Part shown: piece after piece, positions 14,345 to 22,921 of the stretch
How the letters are laid out: each line of letters starts with the position of its first letter
Numbering within the stretch: position 1 is the stretch's first letter
NCBI GenBank assembly: GCA_902385155.1
Contig: CABMEP010000035.1
Span: forward strand, 1-39,299
Length of the DNA stretch: 39,299 bases
Source of the DNA: an uncultured archaeon
Lineage (GTDB): Archaea > Micrarchaeota > Micrarchaeia > CABMEP01
Reading direction: 5' to 3'
Position numbers and translations under genes: made by a program
Notes under the pieces: model-generated
Told to the model about the DNA's origin: nothing
Database searches by the model: none
Seen by the model: the letters and a program-made list of their open reading frames with translations, nothing else

Positions 14345-16363
14345 ATGGCTGATGAGCGGAAGAGAGAGTCTGGTCTGGAGATCCTCGGAGCGGTAGCATT
14401 TCTCCTGCTCTTACTGCTGCTCTGCGCCCTCAAGGTGATCTGCCCCACCGGCGAGTGCTCCAGCGGATTTACGAAGTGCCAGAACTGCCCCGGCGGCTGC
14501 TGCCTGCCAGACGGCACGTGTCCTTGTCCTACAGGCTCATCGCCCTGCAAGGACAAATGCCCTTCGACGACCAATTGCGCGAGCGGCTGCTGCGGTGACG
14601 ATTGCAACTGCGTCATCACCCCAGAGTGCCCCCCGGGCAGCCAATGGAGCAGCCAACGCGGATGCTGCGTGATACTCGAAGGAGTCAGGCGCGGCGAATG
14701 CCTCTCTGTCTGCGCTACGGACACGACAAGGCCCGGCGGCTGCCTCCCGAATATCGACGCATGCGACAAGGACGGCTGCTGCCCGCTGGGCTCGTTCGGT
14801 TGGGACTCCAACTCGTTATGCTGCATCGATCAGCAAGGGGTGTGCATGTCGCTGTGCGCCACCGATCCCACGAGGATCTATTGCCCCTCTCCCTCTGTCG
14901 GCTATTGCGGCGCGGATAACTGCTGCCCGATGAATGCGCATTGGGATTACATCCAGCAATGCTGCGCCGACATGTTCGGAAAATGCGTCTCCGGCGATTC
15001 GTCCGGATGCCCGACTGGATCGGTCTACGATTCGACGCTCGGCTGTTGCGTAATCCCGTCTGAGCCGGGCTCATGCACGACCAGTCCGAACAATTGCCCG
15101 GCCGGAACGCACCCGGACGTCACATCCGCATGCTGCGTGTACGACGGCACGAACATCTGTTTCGGATCCTGCGTCGCTCCGCTTTATTTCGATGCGGTCC
15201 TGAAATGCTGCGTCGACCCGTCGGTCCCGAACGCCTGCGCGTCGGATTCCGGCATCACCTGCCCGGACGGCACCACGTTCAACTCGTTGATCGGCTGCTG
15301 CGTCTACGACGGCACCGACATGTGCTATTACAGCTGCATCCCCCCGGCCTCGTTCGATCCCGTCAAGAAATGCTGCGTGCTGCCGGGGACAGACGTCTGC
15401 GTCGATGGCTGCCCCGCCGGCTCTTTCTATGATGACACGCTGAAATGCTGCGTCTATGCCGGGACATCGATATGCTTGGGCGGCTGCCCGCAAGGCACAG
15501 TCCTCGACTCGGCCCTGGGCTGCTGCGTGTATGCGGGTTCCGCCATATGCGTCGGAAGCTGCCCCGCCGGCACCACATACGATGCGACCCTGAAATGCTG
15601 CATCTATACGGGATCAAAGATATGTTACGGGGGCTGCACTCCGCCGGCGTTTTACAACCCCTCGCTGTTCTGCTGCGTTCTTTCTGGGACGCAGACCGAA
15701 TGCACATCGAACTGTCCGCCCGGAACCGCATACAATGATACAATTGGCTGCTGCGCCTACCCCGGGACGACCATCTGTTTCGGGACCTGTCCGGCCGGCA
15801 CTGAATACGACGGCAACCTGAAGTGCTGCGTCTACGAGGGCTCAGACATCTGCTCAGACAGCTGCCCCGCAGACACCATGTACGATGCGACCCTCAAGTG
15901 CTGCGTCTATGCTGGTTCCAACATCTGTTACGGGGGCTGCCCCTACCCCTCGGTGTACAGCCCGGCGCTGAAATGCTGCGTGCTGCAGGGCGATCCCACC
16001 ACATGCATCAACACCGGATCAGGCGGGGTATGCACATTGCCCAACGTCTATGACGAAACGCTGAAATGCTGCGTCCTTCCGTCGAATCCTGGCGTATGCG
16101 CGGGATCTCCGTCGGGTCTGGTGAGTTGCGATTATAGCGGGACCGCGGGCGCCTGCGCGTCAGGCCTGCTATGCAGCTCGCCCAGCAACTGCGTCGACCA
16201 GGGCAGGAAATGCAACGATCTCCGGCTTCCGATGGGCACATGCAAGGGAACCGGGATATCGTGCAGCGCTTCCTCGCAATGCTGCTGCGGCCTGAATTGC
16301 CAGATGTTCGCAGGAAACGGCGTGTGCTGCCCGGGCGGAATCTGGACCTGCTTTACTGGATGA
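14345..16363 (+). CDS. Membrane-anchored cysteine-rich tandem repeat protein
   Basis: N-terminal TM helix. About 106 Cys in 672 aa by manual count. ~14 tandem C-x11-CC-x7/8-C units plus 3 divergent ones. Confidence 0.85.
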   Translation: MADERKRESGLEILGAVAFLLLLLLLCALKVICPTGECSSGFTKCQNCPGGCCLPDGTCPCPTGSSPCKDKCPSTTNCASGCCGDDCNCVITPECPPGSQWSSQRGCCVILEGVRRGECLSVCATDTTRPGGCLPNIDACDKDGCCPLGSFGWDSNSLCCIDQQGVCMSLCATDPTRIYCPSPSVGYCGADNCCPMNAHWDYIQQCCADMFGKCVSGDSSGCPTGSVYDSTLGCCVIPSEPGSCTTSPNNCPAGTHPDVTSACCVYDGTNICFGSCVAPLYFDAVLKCCVDPSVPNACASDSGITCPDGTTFNSLIGCCVYDGTDMCYYSCIPPASFDPVKKCCVLPGTDVCVDGCPAGSFYDDTLKCCVYAGTSICLGGCPQGTVLDSALGCCVYAGSAICVGSCPAGTTYDATLKCCIYTGSKICYGGCTPPAFYNPSLFCCVLSGTQTECTSNCPPGTAYNDTIGCCAYPGTTICFGTCPAGTEYDGNLKCCVYEGSDICSDSCPADTMYDATLKCCVYAGSNICYGGCPYPSVYSPALKCCVLQGDPTTCINTGSGGVCTLPNVYDETLKCCVLPSNPGVCAGSPSGLVSCDYSGTAGACASGLLCSSPSNCVDQGRKCNDLRLPMGTCKGTGISCSASSQCCCGLNCQMFAGNGVCCPGGIWTCFTG

Positions 16364-16381
16364 GTGCCGGATCGAACGGTG

Positions 16382-17767
16382 TCAGCCCGCCATGATCCTT
16401 TTTGCTATATAGGATGAGTCGAAGGCGACCAGGTCATCGTATCCCTGCCCTATCCCCAGGTACAGGACGGGCACCCCGGTTGCTCTCTTGATGGATATCA
16501 CAGTGCCTCCCTTGGCGTCGACATCCATCTTGGTGAGTATCACGCCATCGAGGCCTATCGCCTTGTGGAATTCGGAGACCTGCGACAGGAGCGCGTTGCC
16601 CGATATGCCCTCTCCGACAAAGACCTTGAGGTCCGGCTGCGCCACGCGCTCTATCTTCTTCAGCTGCTCTATGAGGTTCCTGTTGGTCTCCTGCCTTCCG
16701 GCGCTGTCTATGAGCACGACGTCGATCCCCTTCGCCTTGGCGTATTTCACCGCGTCGAATGCGACTGCCGCCGGATCGGAGCCGTAGTCGTGCTTTATCA
16801 CCGGTACATTGAGCCTTTTCGCATGCTCGCTCGTCTGCTCAATGGCGGCAGCGCGGAACGTATCCGCGGCAGCTATGACGCATGTCCTGTTGTTTTTGTT
16901 GAGCATGTGGGCGAATTTCGCTATGGCTGTCGTTTTTCCGGCCCCATTTGGGCCTATGAATAGTACTCTCAGCGGCTTCTCCTTCTTGGCCATCAGTTCG
17001 AACAGGTCGAAGCGATCCTGTTTCGTCACTTCAAGGATTGAATCGGATATCGCCTTCTTCACGTGCCCTTCCAGCTGGCTTGACTTGACCGAGCTGCCCA
17101 CGAGCTTGGATTTCACATCCTTCGCGATCTCTTCCGCCACGGGCAACGCAACATCCGCCGTCAGGAGCTGCATCTCGAAATCCTCCAGGACGGAACTGAC
17201 GTCTCCCTCCTTTATGGTCACTTCCGGCATCACCACCGATTTCAGCTTGGTGAGGAGGCTCGGCGCGACATTGAATTCCTTCTGCTTCAGCTCGCTCTCC
17301 CTGGGCATGGCTGGCTGCGGGGCGGGGGCCTGCGGGATCGGTGCCGCTTGCTCATGGCGTTTCTCCTCTTTCTGTCCATGCGCCGGTTTGGTGGGAATCT
17401 GGACCTTTGGTTCAGGCCTCTCGAATTTCACCGGATAATGGAACGGCACAGGCTGCGCGTGAGCAGCTGTTTTTCTCTGGACTGTCTCTTGCGGTCTGAT
17501 TTCCGGGGATTTCGGTTCTTCATGAACGGCCGCATGCTGCGGTCTGGCCTCTTCCCTCTGCGGCGGAATCGTGGCGGCCTCGGCTTCCTTGTCCCGTATC
17601 GGCTTGAGCTCCGCCTGCGAACGCTTCGGCAGCTCGAAGACCGCCTTCTCCTCTATCTCCGCCTTGATCTCCGCGGGGGCCGGCTCCTCCGGCTTGCGCT
17701 CGCCCGCCACTTTCTTCGATAATGAGTCTACGAATCCTCCGATCTTCTTCTTCAGGAGGTCGAACAT
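16382..17767 (-). CDS. ftsY: Signal recognition particle receptor FtsY
   Basis: MFDLLKKKI N-terminus, GPNGAGKTT, DTFRAAA, DSAGR, TKMDVDAKGG, GIGQGYDDL. Confidence 0.97.
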   Translation of the reverse strand: MFDLLKKKIGGFVDSLSKKVAGERKPEEPAPAEIKAEIEEKAVFELPKRSQAELKPIRDKEAEAATIPPQREEARPQHAAVHEEPKSPEIRPQETVQRKTAAHAQPVPFHYPVKFERPEPKVQIPTKPAHGQKEEKRHEQAAPIPQAPAPQPAMPRESELKQKEFNVAPSLLTKLKSVVMPEVTIKEGDVSSVLEDFEMQLLTADVALPVAEEIAKDVKSKLVGSSVKSSQLEGHVKKAISDSILEVTKQDRFDLFELMAKKEKPLRVLFIGPNGAGKTTAIAKFAHMLNKNNRTCVIAAADTFRAAAIEQTSEHAKRLNVPVIKHDYGSDPAAVAFDAVKYAKAKGIDVVLIDSAGRQETNRNLIEQLKKIERVAQPDLKVFVGEGISGNALLSQVSEFHKAIGLDGVILTKMDVDAKGGTVISIKRATGVPVLYLGIGQGYDDLVAFDSSYIAKRIMAG

Positions 17768-17776
17768 GAGACAACC

Positions 17777-18193
17777 TCACTCGCGCCTTTCCGACTTGAG
17801 TATGCGCCTGGCCTCGTCGTCTATCTCCTTCAGCCGGGAGGAGATCGCGTGCATGCTCTGGAGCAGCTCCTGCCTCGCGTCCGCGAGCTCCTTCTTCTTC
17901 TCGTTGAGGAATTCGGTCGCGCCGGCCGGGTCCTTCTCCACCATCACATTCGCGCCGACATTGAGCATGAGCCTGTTCACCTGCTTCAGCTCGCCCCTTA
18001 CGAAGACGCCGGAGCCGATGTTGAACATGCTGCTCTTGCCGTCCTTCAGGCTCGCGAGCGCCTGGAGCGTGCGATCCATCTCGGCCTCTACCTGGTTGAG
18101 CGCCTGCATCTGGTTCTGGATGTCCTGCGCGTACCTCTGGTGGTAGTTCGCCTCGGCGGCGAGAACCTCGAACTGCTCTTGGTTTGTAGCCAT
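17777..18193 (-). CDS. pfdA: Prefoldin alpha subunit
   Basis: Coiled coil - IGSGVFV...LNVGANVMVEK - coiled coil. Conserved position before ftsY. Confidence 0.93.
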   Translation of the reverse strand: MATNQEQFEVLAAEANYHQRYAQDIQNQMQALNQVEAEMDRTLQALASLKDGKSSMFNIGSGVFVRGELKQVNRLMLNVGANVMVEKDPAGATEFLNEKKKELADARQELLQSMHAISSRLKEIDDEARRILKSERRE

Positions 18194-18210
18194 GGATGTC
18201 ACCTAGGCCA

Positions 18211-18384
18211 TCAGGCCTTCGTTATCTTCTCTATGATTATGTTCCTCTGCACCATCCTGTACGTATTCCCGAAGTAGGAGAAGACAATGTGTTTCACCAT
18301 GCTCTCCCGCGCTACATCGAATATCTTGGAGAACGGTTTCGTCTTGTTGCCTATCTTGAACTTGCCTGTCACTTTGAACTTCAT
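18211..18384 (-). CDS. rpl18a: 50S ribosomal protein LX/L18a (eL20)
   Basis: Manual translation MKFKVTGKFKIGNKTKPFSKIFDV...VFSYFGNTYRMVQRNIIIEKI (57 aa). Syntenic between aIF6 and pfdA. Confidence 0.88.
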   Translation of the reverse strand: MKFKVTGKFKIGNKTKPFSKIFDVARESMVKHIVFSYFGNTYRMVQRNIIIEKITKA

Positions 18385-18433
18385 GCTTTCACCTTCCTAT
18401 CAATGAACATTAATCCGATGATCAATCGACCAT

Positions 18434-18850
18434 TCACTTAACCTGGAGACCATTATCAACCTTTCTGTCGACCGTCAGGAGCACCACGCCTTCCGCGGAT
18501 TCCCCGACGGCGAGGAGCATCCCGTTGGATTCCACGCCCCTCAGCTTCCGCGGCTGGAGATTCGCCACGATCACGATCTGCTTGCCGACAAGGTCCGCCG
18601 GAGCGTACGATCTCGCTATCCCCGCGACCAGCTGCCTCTTCTCGGTTCCGACATCTATGGTCAGCCTGAGGAGCTTGTCCGCCCCCTGCACCAATTCGGC
18701 TTCAAGCACCGTAGCGACTCTCATCTCGACCTTGCAGAATGCATCGTAATCTATCCTTTGCGGCGTTTCCTGCGCCGCCTCGGGTTTCGTTTCCTGGCTG
18801 GTTGCCGGCTGCACTGCAATGGCCTTGTCAATATCGGAGTTGGATTCCAT
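18434..18850 (-). CDS. Stand-alone tRNA-binding OB-fold protein (MetRS C-terminal/Trbp111-like)
   Basis: IDYDAFCKVEMRVA...ADKLL...RQLVAGI...NLQPRKLRGVESNGMLL. Confidence 0.9.
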   Translation of the reverse strand: MESNSDIDKAIAVQPATSQETKPEAAQETPQRIDYDAFCKVEMRVATVLEAELVQGADKLLRLTIDVGTEKRQLVAGIARSYAPADLVGKQIVIVANLQPRKLRGVESNGMLLAVGESAEGVVLLTVDRKVDNGLQVK

Positions 18851-18878
18851 CGTCACACCGTTCAGCTATCGATACGCC

Positions 18879-19571
18879 TCACTTGATGAGGCCGAGCGAC
18901 TCCTCTATCCTGTGGAGCTCGAATCCCGTCGTGAGGTCCCCGAACACCACGCTCTTGTCGTTCGCGACGATGCCGAGCGACACGAACGGCATCCCTCCGT
19001 TCGCGGTGCCGACCCCTCCGTCGACCTTGAAGAGGCTCTTCAGGGCATCCATCTCCTCTTCCGTGATGTGCGGATGGGTTATGAATCCCTTGTTCGTCGC
19101 GGCCACCGCGGCCCCCACTGTCTTGTAGCCGGCGATGGTCCTCGCCTCTATGTCCACCTGGAGCACGTCCGATATCTCCTTGGCCGTGTCGTCGTTGGCG
19201 AAGTCGGGATTGATGAGCGCTCCCGAATCGTTCAGCGCGATGTTGTTGCCCAGCGCGGTGAAGTTGGTCCTCATCTTGAGGACGTTGATGTCCGATCCCG
19301 CCTCCTTCAGCGACTTCTTGAGGAGATCGACTTCCCAGTCCTCCACCACTTCGGATATGATTATCCCGTTGCTGTTCATCACGCAGTAGAGGCCGATGAG
19401 CGGGCTCTCCGCGAAAGTGGTCTTGACGATCTTCGTCCCGAGCAGGTCGGCCATGCGCGTGAACTTGTCCGGCGCGGACACCCCGATGAGGGTGACTTCG
19501 TTGTTGGTGCGCGCGTAGAATCCTATGAATGGATTGCCATAGAAGGTGAACTTTCCGAATTGGTCGGACAT
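18879..19571 (-). CDS. eif6: Translation initiation factor aIF6
   Basis: GNPFIG, LIGLYCVMNSNG, ALGNNIALND, TVGAAVAATNKG, GTANGG...GIVANDK. Confidence 0.96.
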   Translation of the reverse strand: MSDQFGKFTFYGNPFIGFYARTNNEVTLIGVSAPDKFTRMADLLGTKIVKTTFAESPLIGLYCVMNSNGIIISEVVEDWEVDLLKKSLKEAGSDINVLKMRTNFTALGNNIALNDSGALINPDFANDDTAKEISDVLQVDIEARTIAGYKTVGAAVAATNKGFITHPHITEEEMDALKSLFKVDGGVGTANGGMPFVSLGIVANDKSVVFGDLTTGFELHRIEESLGLIK

Positions 19572-19581
19572 GCGCTCACCC

Positions 19582-19977
19582 TTACTTGGCGCCTTCGACC
19601 TTCTTCTGCTCGAATTTAGGCTTTGGCTGCGCTTTCTCGGGGGCTTTCTCCTGCTTCGGCTCCGCCTTCTTCTCGGCGGGTTTCACCGCCTTGACTGGCT
19701 TTGCCTTCTTCGGCTTCTCCGCCTTCTTCTCTGGCGGCATCGCGAACACCATCCCCTTCTCGTCGGTGACGATCTTCACCTTGATCTTGTGGAGAGGTGC
19801 CATGCCTCCGTGCTTGAACAGCTCCTCGAGCAGCTCATTGTCGATCCTCACATTGGAGATATCGGTCTTGGAGTGCCTGGCGACGAGGCTCCTGATGAGC
19901 TCGACCGCCCTCCTGTGTCTCTTCGTCACCGGCTTGCGGATGACGTCCTTCAAATTAGCGATAAATATCCTTTCCAT
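19582..19977 (-). CDS. rpl31e: 50S ribosomal protein L31e with Lys/Pro/Ala-rich tail
   Basis: ERIFIANLK...KRHRRAVELIRSLVARHSK...VRIDNEL. Operon position. Confidence 0.92.
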   Translation of the reverse strand: MERIFIANLKDVIRKPVTKRHRRAVELIRSLVARHSKTDISNVRIDNELLEELFKHGGMAPLHKIKVKIVTDEKGMVFAMPPEKKAEKPKKAKPVKAVKPAEKKAEPKQEKAPEKAQPKPKFEQKKVEGAK

Positions 19978-19981
19978 GCTA

Positions 19982-20146
19982 TCAATCCTTCTCGGTTACC
20001 TGAAGCCTTCCGCTCCTCCAGTGCCTTCTCGCGGGTGTGGAGGAAACCTTCCTCGCGGTCTTCAACCTGACGAACAGCGGCACAGGCTTCGCTCGTTTGG
20101 CCGCCCTGACCAGGCGAGACTTCTTCTTCGGTCCTTTCTTTCCCAT
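19982..20146 (-). CDS. rpl39e: 50S ribosomal protein L39e
   Basis: Manual translation MGKKGPKKKSRLVRAAKRAKPVPLFVRLKTARKV...RRHWRSGRLQ (54 aa). Confidence 0.92.
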   Translation of the reverse strand: MGKKGPKKKSRLVRAAKRAKPVPLFVRLKTARKVSSTPARRHWRSGRLQVTEKD

Positions 20147-20147
20147 G

Positions 20148-20444
20148 TTACTTCCTCCTTATCTCGATTGTCCCTGTCTTCCTTTCGACAGAGGCGCTCA
20201 GCAGCGTCAGCAATTCCCGTTCTGTTATCTTCCGTCCTGTCTTCTTGTACATGTATACGAGGCCATTCACTGCCTTCGCGTATACTTCCTGATTTGATAT
20301 CCGGACGTTCATCAGCCTGTCGTACGCGGGCTGCTCCAGTATCCTCGCCAGCACGATCTTGATCTGCGCGTCGGCCTGTTGAGCCTTCTGCGCTTCCTCA
20401 AGGCGCTTCCGCATCTCTTCATGCGGTGTGCTTGCGCCTTCCAT
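20148..20444 (-). CDS. PDCD5-like DNA-binding protein
   Basis: ILEQPAYDRLMNVRI...ITERELLTLL...IEIRRK. Syntenic after rps19e. Confidence 0.9.
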   Translation of the reverse strand: MEGASTPHEEMRKRLEEAQKAQQADAQIKIVLARILEQPAYDRLMNVRISNQEVYAKAVNGLVYMYKKTGRKITERELLTLLSASVERKTGTIEIRRK

Positions 20445-20468
20445 GATTCTCACTTATGATTGCGCGGA

Positions 20469-20885
20469 TCAGGCCTTGCCGACTTTCTTCGCGACTCCGT
20501 TCAACAGCGCGATCCCCTTGCTGGAGATCTTCCTGCCGTCCTTGATCTTCATGACGAGGCCCGCCCTCTCCAGCTGCTGCAGAGGCTTCCTGACTGAGGA
20601 TCCGCCCGCCCTGGTGAAGTGCATCCTTCCGCTCCTGCTTCCCGGCTTGCCGCCGTATTTCTCGCGGAGCGCTCCGACGCCCTGCGGTCCCTTGACATAA
20701 AGGGTCCTCAGTATGGACGCGCAGCGCTTGTACCAGAACTTCGGGTCGTCCGGCGCCCTTTCCTTGTGGGCTCCGCTCTTCACGTACTGCACCCACTCCG
20801 GCGGGGCTACGGTCTTGTCGTCGTTGAGTTTCTCGGCGACGGCATTGATGAGCCTGTTCGGCTCGATATCGTAAGCTGTGATCAT
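20469..20885 (-). CDS. rps19e: 30S ribosomal protein S19e
   Basis: PEWVQYVKSGAHKERAP...WYKRCASILR...GVGALREKYGG...LQQLE. Confidence 0.97.
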   Translation of the reverse strand: MITAYDIEPNRLINAVAEKLNDDKTVAPPEWVQYVKSGAHKERAPDDPKFWYKRCASILRTLYVKGPQGVGALREKYGGKPGSRSGRMHFTRAGGSSVRKPLQQLERAGLVMKIKDGRKISSKGIALLNGVAKKVGKA

Positions 20886-20904
20886 TCTTCATCCCTCATT
20901 GGCA

Positions 20905-21216
20905 TTATTTCTTCTTCTCGGTATAACCAAAACGTCGGAGCGCTCCGCATTCGCAGCGGTACTCAACAGTCCTGTTCCGCCGGTTCAATCGGACGGTCAC
21001 GTTATAACCAGGAATCCAGTATCTGCTACATACTTTGCATATTCTTTTTTTAAACCTTTCCGGCATCCTCACGCGGTATCTCGTCGACATCCTCCCCGCG
21101 AGCGCGACGTAGCGCTTGGCCCTGGACGGATTTTTCCTCTGGTTCTCCTCTGCGAGCCCCATCAGCCTTCCGATCCGTTCCAGGATCAGCGCGTGGAGCT
21201 TCGGGTCTGTCTTCAT
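20905..21216 (-). CDS. rnp4: Ribonuclease P protein component 4 (Rpp21)
   Basis: ERIGRL...A.RYV.LA...KKRICKVC...IPG...CECGALRRF. Confidence 0.93.
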   Translation of the reverse strand: MKTDPKLHALILERIGRLMGLAEENQRKNPSRAKRYVALAGRMSTRYRVRMPERFKKRICKVCSRYWIPGYNVTVRLNRRNRTVEYRCECGALRRFGYTEKKK

Positions 21217-21248
21217 CGTTTTCACGTCGTGCAGGATGCGAGCATGAG

Positions 21249-21364
21249 TGGGCCGGCGGAGATTTGAACTCCGGACCTACAGTTGACCTAAGCCTGTCCT
21301 GATATTAGTGTATCAGAACGCGCCATATAAGACTGCCGCTCTGACCAGGCTGAGCTACCGGCCC
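21249..21364 (-). tRNA. tRNA-Ile(TAT) with canonical 37/38 intron (21285-21325, 41 nt)
   Basis: Acceptor GGGCCGG/CCGGCCC, anticodon stem GCAGT/ACTGT, loop CT-TAT-A^A. BHB central helix CTTA/TAGG with bulges TA^T and TC^A. Confidence 0.88.
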
Positions 21365-21448
21365 CCGGCTGATAGGACGCCGGATAAGAATTTAAACGCT
21401 CCCCGATGCCCGCGCGGCGCCGTTTCGCCGGATATTCGCCGCCGCGGC

Positions 21449-22129
21449 TCATTTCTCGCCGGTCTCGATCTCGTCGCACTCCTTCTTGTAGGCGCAGTAC
21501 TGGCACATCCACCTGTTCTTGCTGGACTGCCTCGCCTCCGGATGCGGGACCGAATTGTTCTTGAGCGATAGATGCAGTTCCCTGAACCTGCTGATGATCG
21601 TCTCCGCGAGCTTGGGGTCGTAATTGGTCGCGAAGCTCTTGCTCTTCAGCGTGTTCTTCTCCACGTACAGTATGACTCCCTTGTGTATTCCTGTGGCGTG
21701 CATGTAGAACTGCAGCTGCATCATGTACTGCTCGGACGGCTCGCGCAGGAAGTCCACCGACTTGGTGGATTTCACCTCGACGAGGAGCTTCTCCCCGTTG
21801 TGTTCCAGCCTGATGATGTCGTCGATCCTTCCGCTGATCTCGAACTCGTCTATCTTCATCTTCAGCGGCAGTTCGCTGTCTATCAATGTGACCTCGGGTG
21901 TCTTATCGCTCTTGAGGACTTCCACCACGAATTCGTGAAGGAGGTTGCCCGCCTCGAATATCTTGGTGACGTTGGGCTCGATCTGCTTCGGCATCTTGAA
22001 TGAGAACCACGATTTCCTGATGCACTGCCCGACCTCTGAAGGGTAGTAGCGGCCGACGGTCTTCGTCCGCGCCTCGCGGTAGAGGTACTTGTCTATGATC
22101 CTGTCGAAGTCTATGCTGTCCCCGTCCAT
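21449..22129 (-). CDS. cas4: Solo Cas4-family RecB-like nuclease
   Basis: PSEVGQC, G...H, SGRIDD, VEVKS, QLQFYM, C-terminal CQYC-x5-C Fe-S ligands. No CRISPR array or other cas genes in the window. Confidence 0.85.
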   Translation of the reverse strand: MDGDSIDFDRIIDKYLYREARTKTVGRYYPSEVGQCIRKSWFSFKMPKQIEPNVTKIFEAGNLLHEFVVEVLKSDKTPEVTLIDSELPLKMKIDEFEISGRIDDIIRLEHNGEKLLVEVKSTKSVDFLREPSEQYMMQLQFYMHATGIHKGVILYVEKNTLKSKSFATNYDPKLAETIISRFRELHLSLKNNSVPHPEARQSSKNRWMCQYCAYKKECDEIETGEK

Positions 22130-22130
22130 C

Positions 22131-22835
22131 TCATCTCCTCTTCCGTGGCTTTGCCTTCTGTTCCAAAGCCGGTTTCTTTGTCTTGCTCTTCACTCTTTTC
22201 TTGCATCTCTTCCCGAGCGGGCAGCTGTCGCATTCCGGCCTAACCTTGCAGTGCCGCTTCCCGAGCTCTACGATCAGGGCGTGGTATTCGTTGAACAGCC
22301 GCTCGTTCCTAGGCAGCTTCTCCTCGAATCTCTGTTTCAGTTCATGGTACCTTATGGTTTCGTCTTCCGCGAGGCCGTATCTTTCCGCCATCCGTTTGGT
22401 GTATGCGTCGATCACGAATGTCGGGACGTTCCCCGCGTAAAGCAGTATGGAATCGCACGTCTCCGGACCGATCCCATCCATGGAAAGTAGTTCCTCCCTC
22501 GCCGCAGGGATCGGCATCGAGTATGCGCCCCTGATCCGTTCGTAGGATCGCGCCATGTCGATTATCCTCCTGCTCTTCACCTTGTAGAATCCCGCCGGCC
22601 TCACCAGCTTCTCGACGAAGGCCGCCTCCGCTTCCGCGAGACGCCTGGGGTCGAGCAGCCCGTGGTCCTTGAGGTTCGCTATCGCCTTCTCGACATTGGA
22701 CCATTGCGCCTGCTGCGTCAGTATCGCGCCGACTATGACCTCGAAATCGGTATCCGCCGGCCACCAGTTCCGTGGGCCGTAGGCTGAATGGAGCTTCTTG
22801 TATACCCACATCAGCTGCTTGCGCGTCGGTTTCAT
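22131..22835 (-). CDS. Endonuclease III-like HhH-GPD DNA glycosylase family protein with 4Fe-4S motif
   Basis: FEVIVGAILTQ, GIGPETCDSILLYA, VIDAYT, HALIVELGK and C-x6-C-x2-C-x5-C. Confidence 0.9.
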   Translation of the reverse strand: MKPTRKQLMWVYKKLHSAYGPRNWWPADTDFEVIVGAILTQQAQWSNVEKAIANLKDHGLLDPRRLAEAEAAFVEKLVRPAGFYKVKSRRIIDMARSYERIRGAYSMPIPAAREELLSMDGIGPETCDSILLYAGNVPTFVIDAYTKRMAERYGLAEDETIRYHELKQRFEEKLPRNERLFNEYHALIVELGKRHCKVRPECDSCPLGKRCKKRVKSKTKKPALEQKAKPRKRR

Positions 22836-22921
22836 CTGATCAACAATAAGAGATGCAGTCTCGGTATTTTATTGTTGCCCCAGCGGGTTTCGCGTGATCG
22901 CCTTCGGTGCGCGCACCGGGC

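Noticed and set aside
15000-16080. Recurring CTGAAATGCTGCGTCTA-like DNA repeats as a CRISPR array (Cas4 is in the window)
   Set aside because: The repeats are degenerate at third codon positions, stay in frame and encode LKCCVY. They are protein repeats, not identical repeats with unique spacers.
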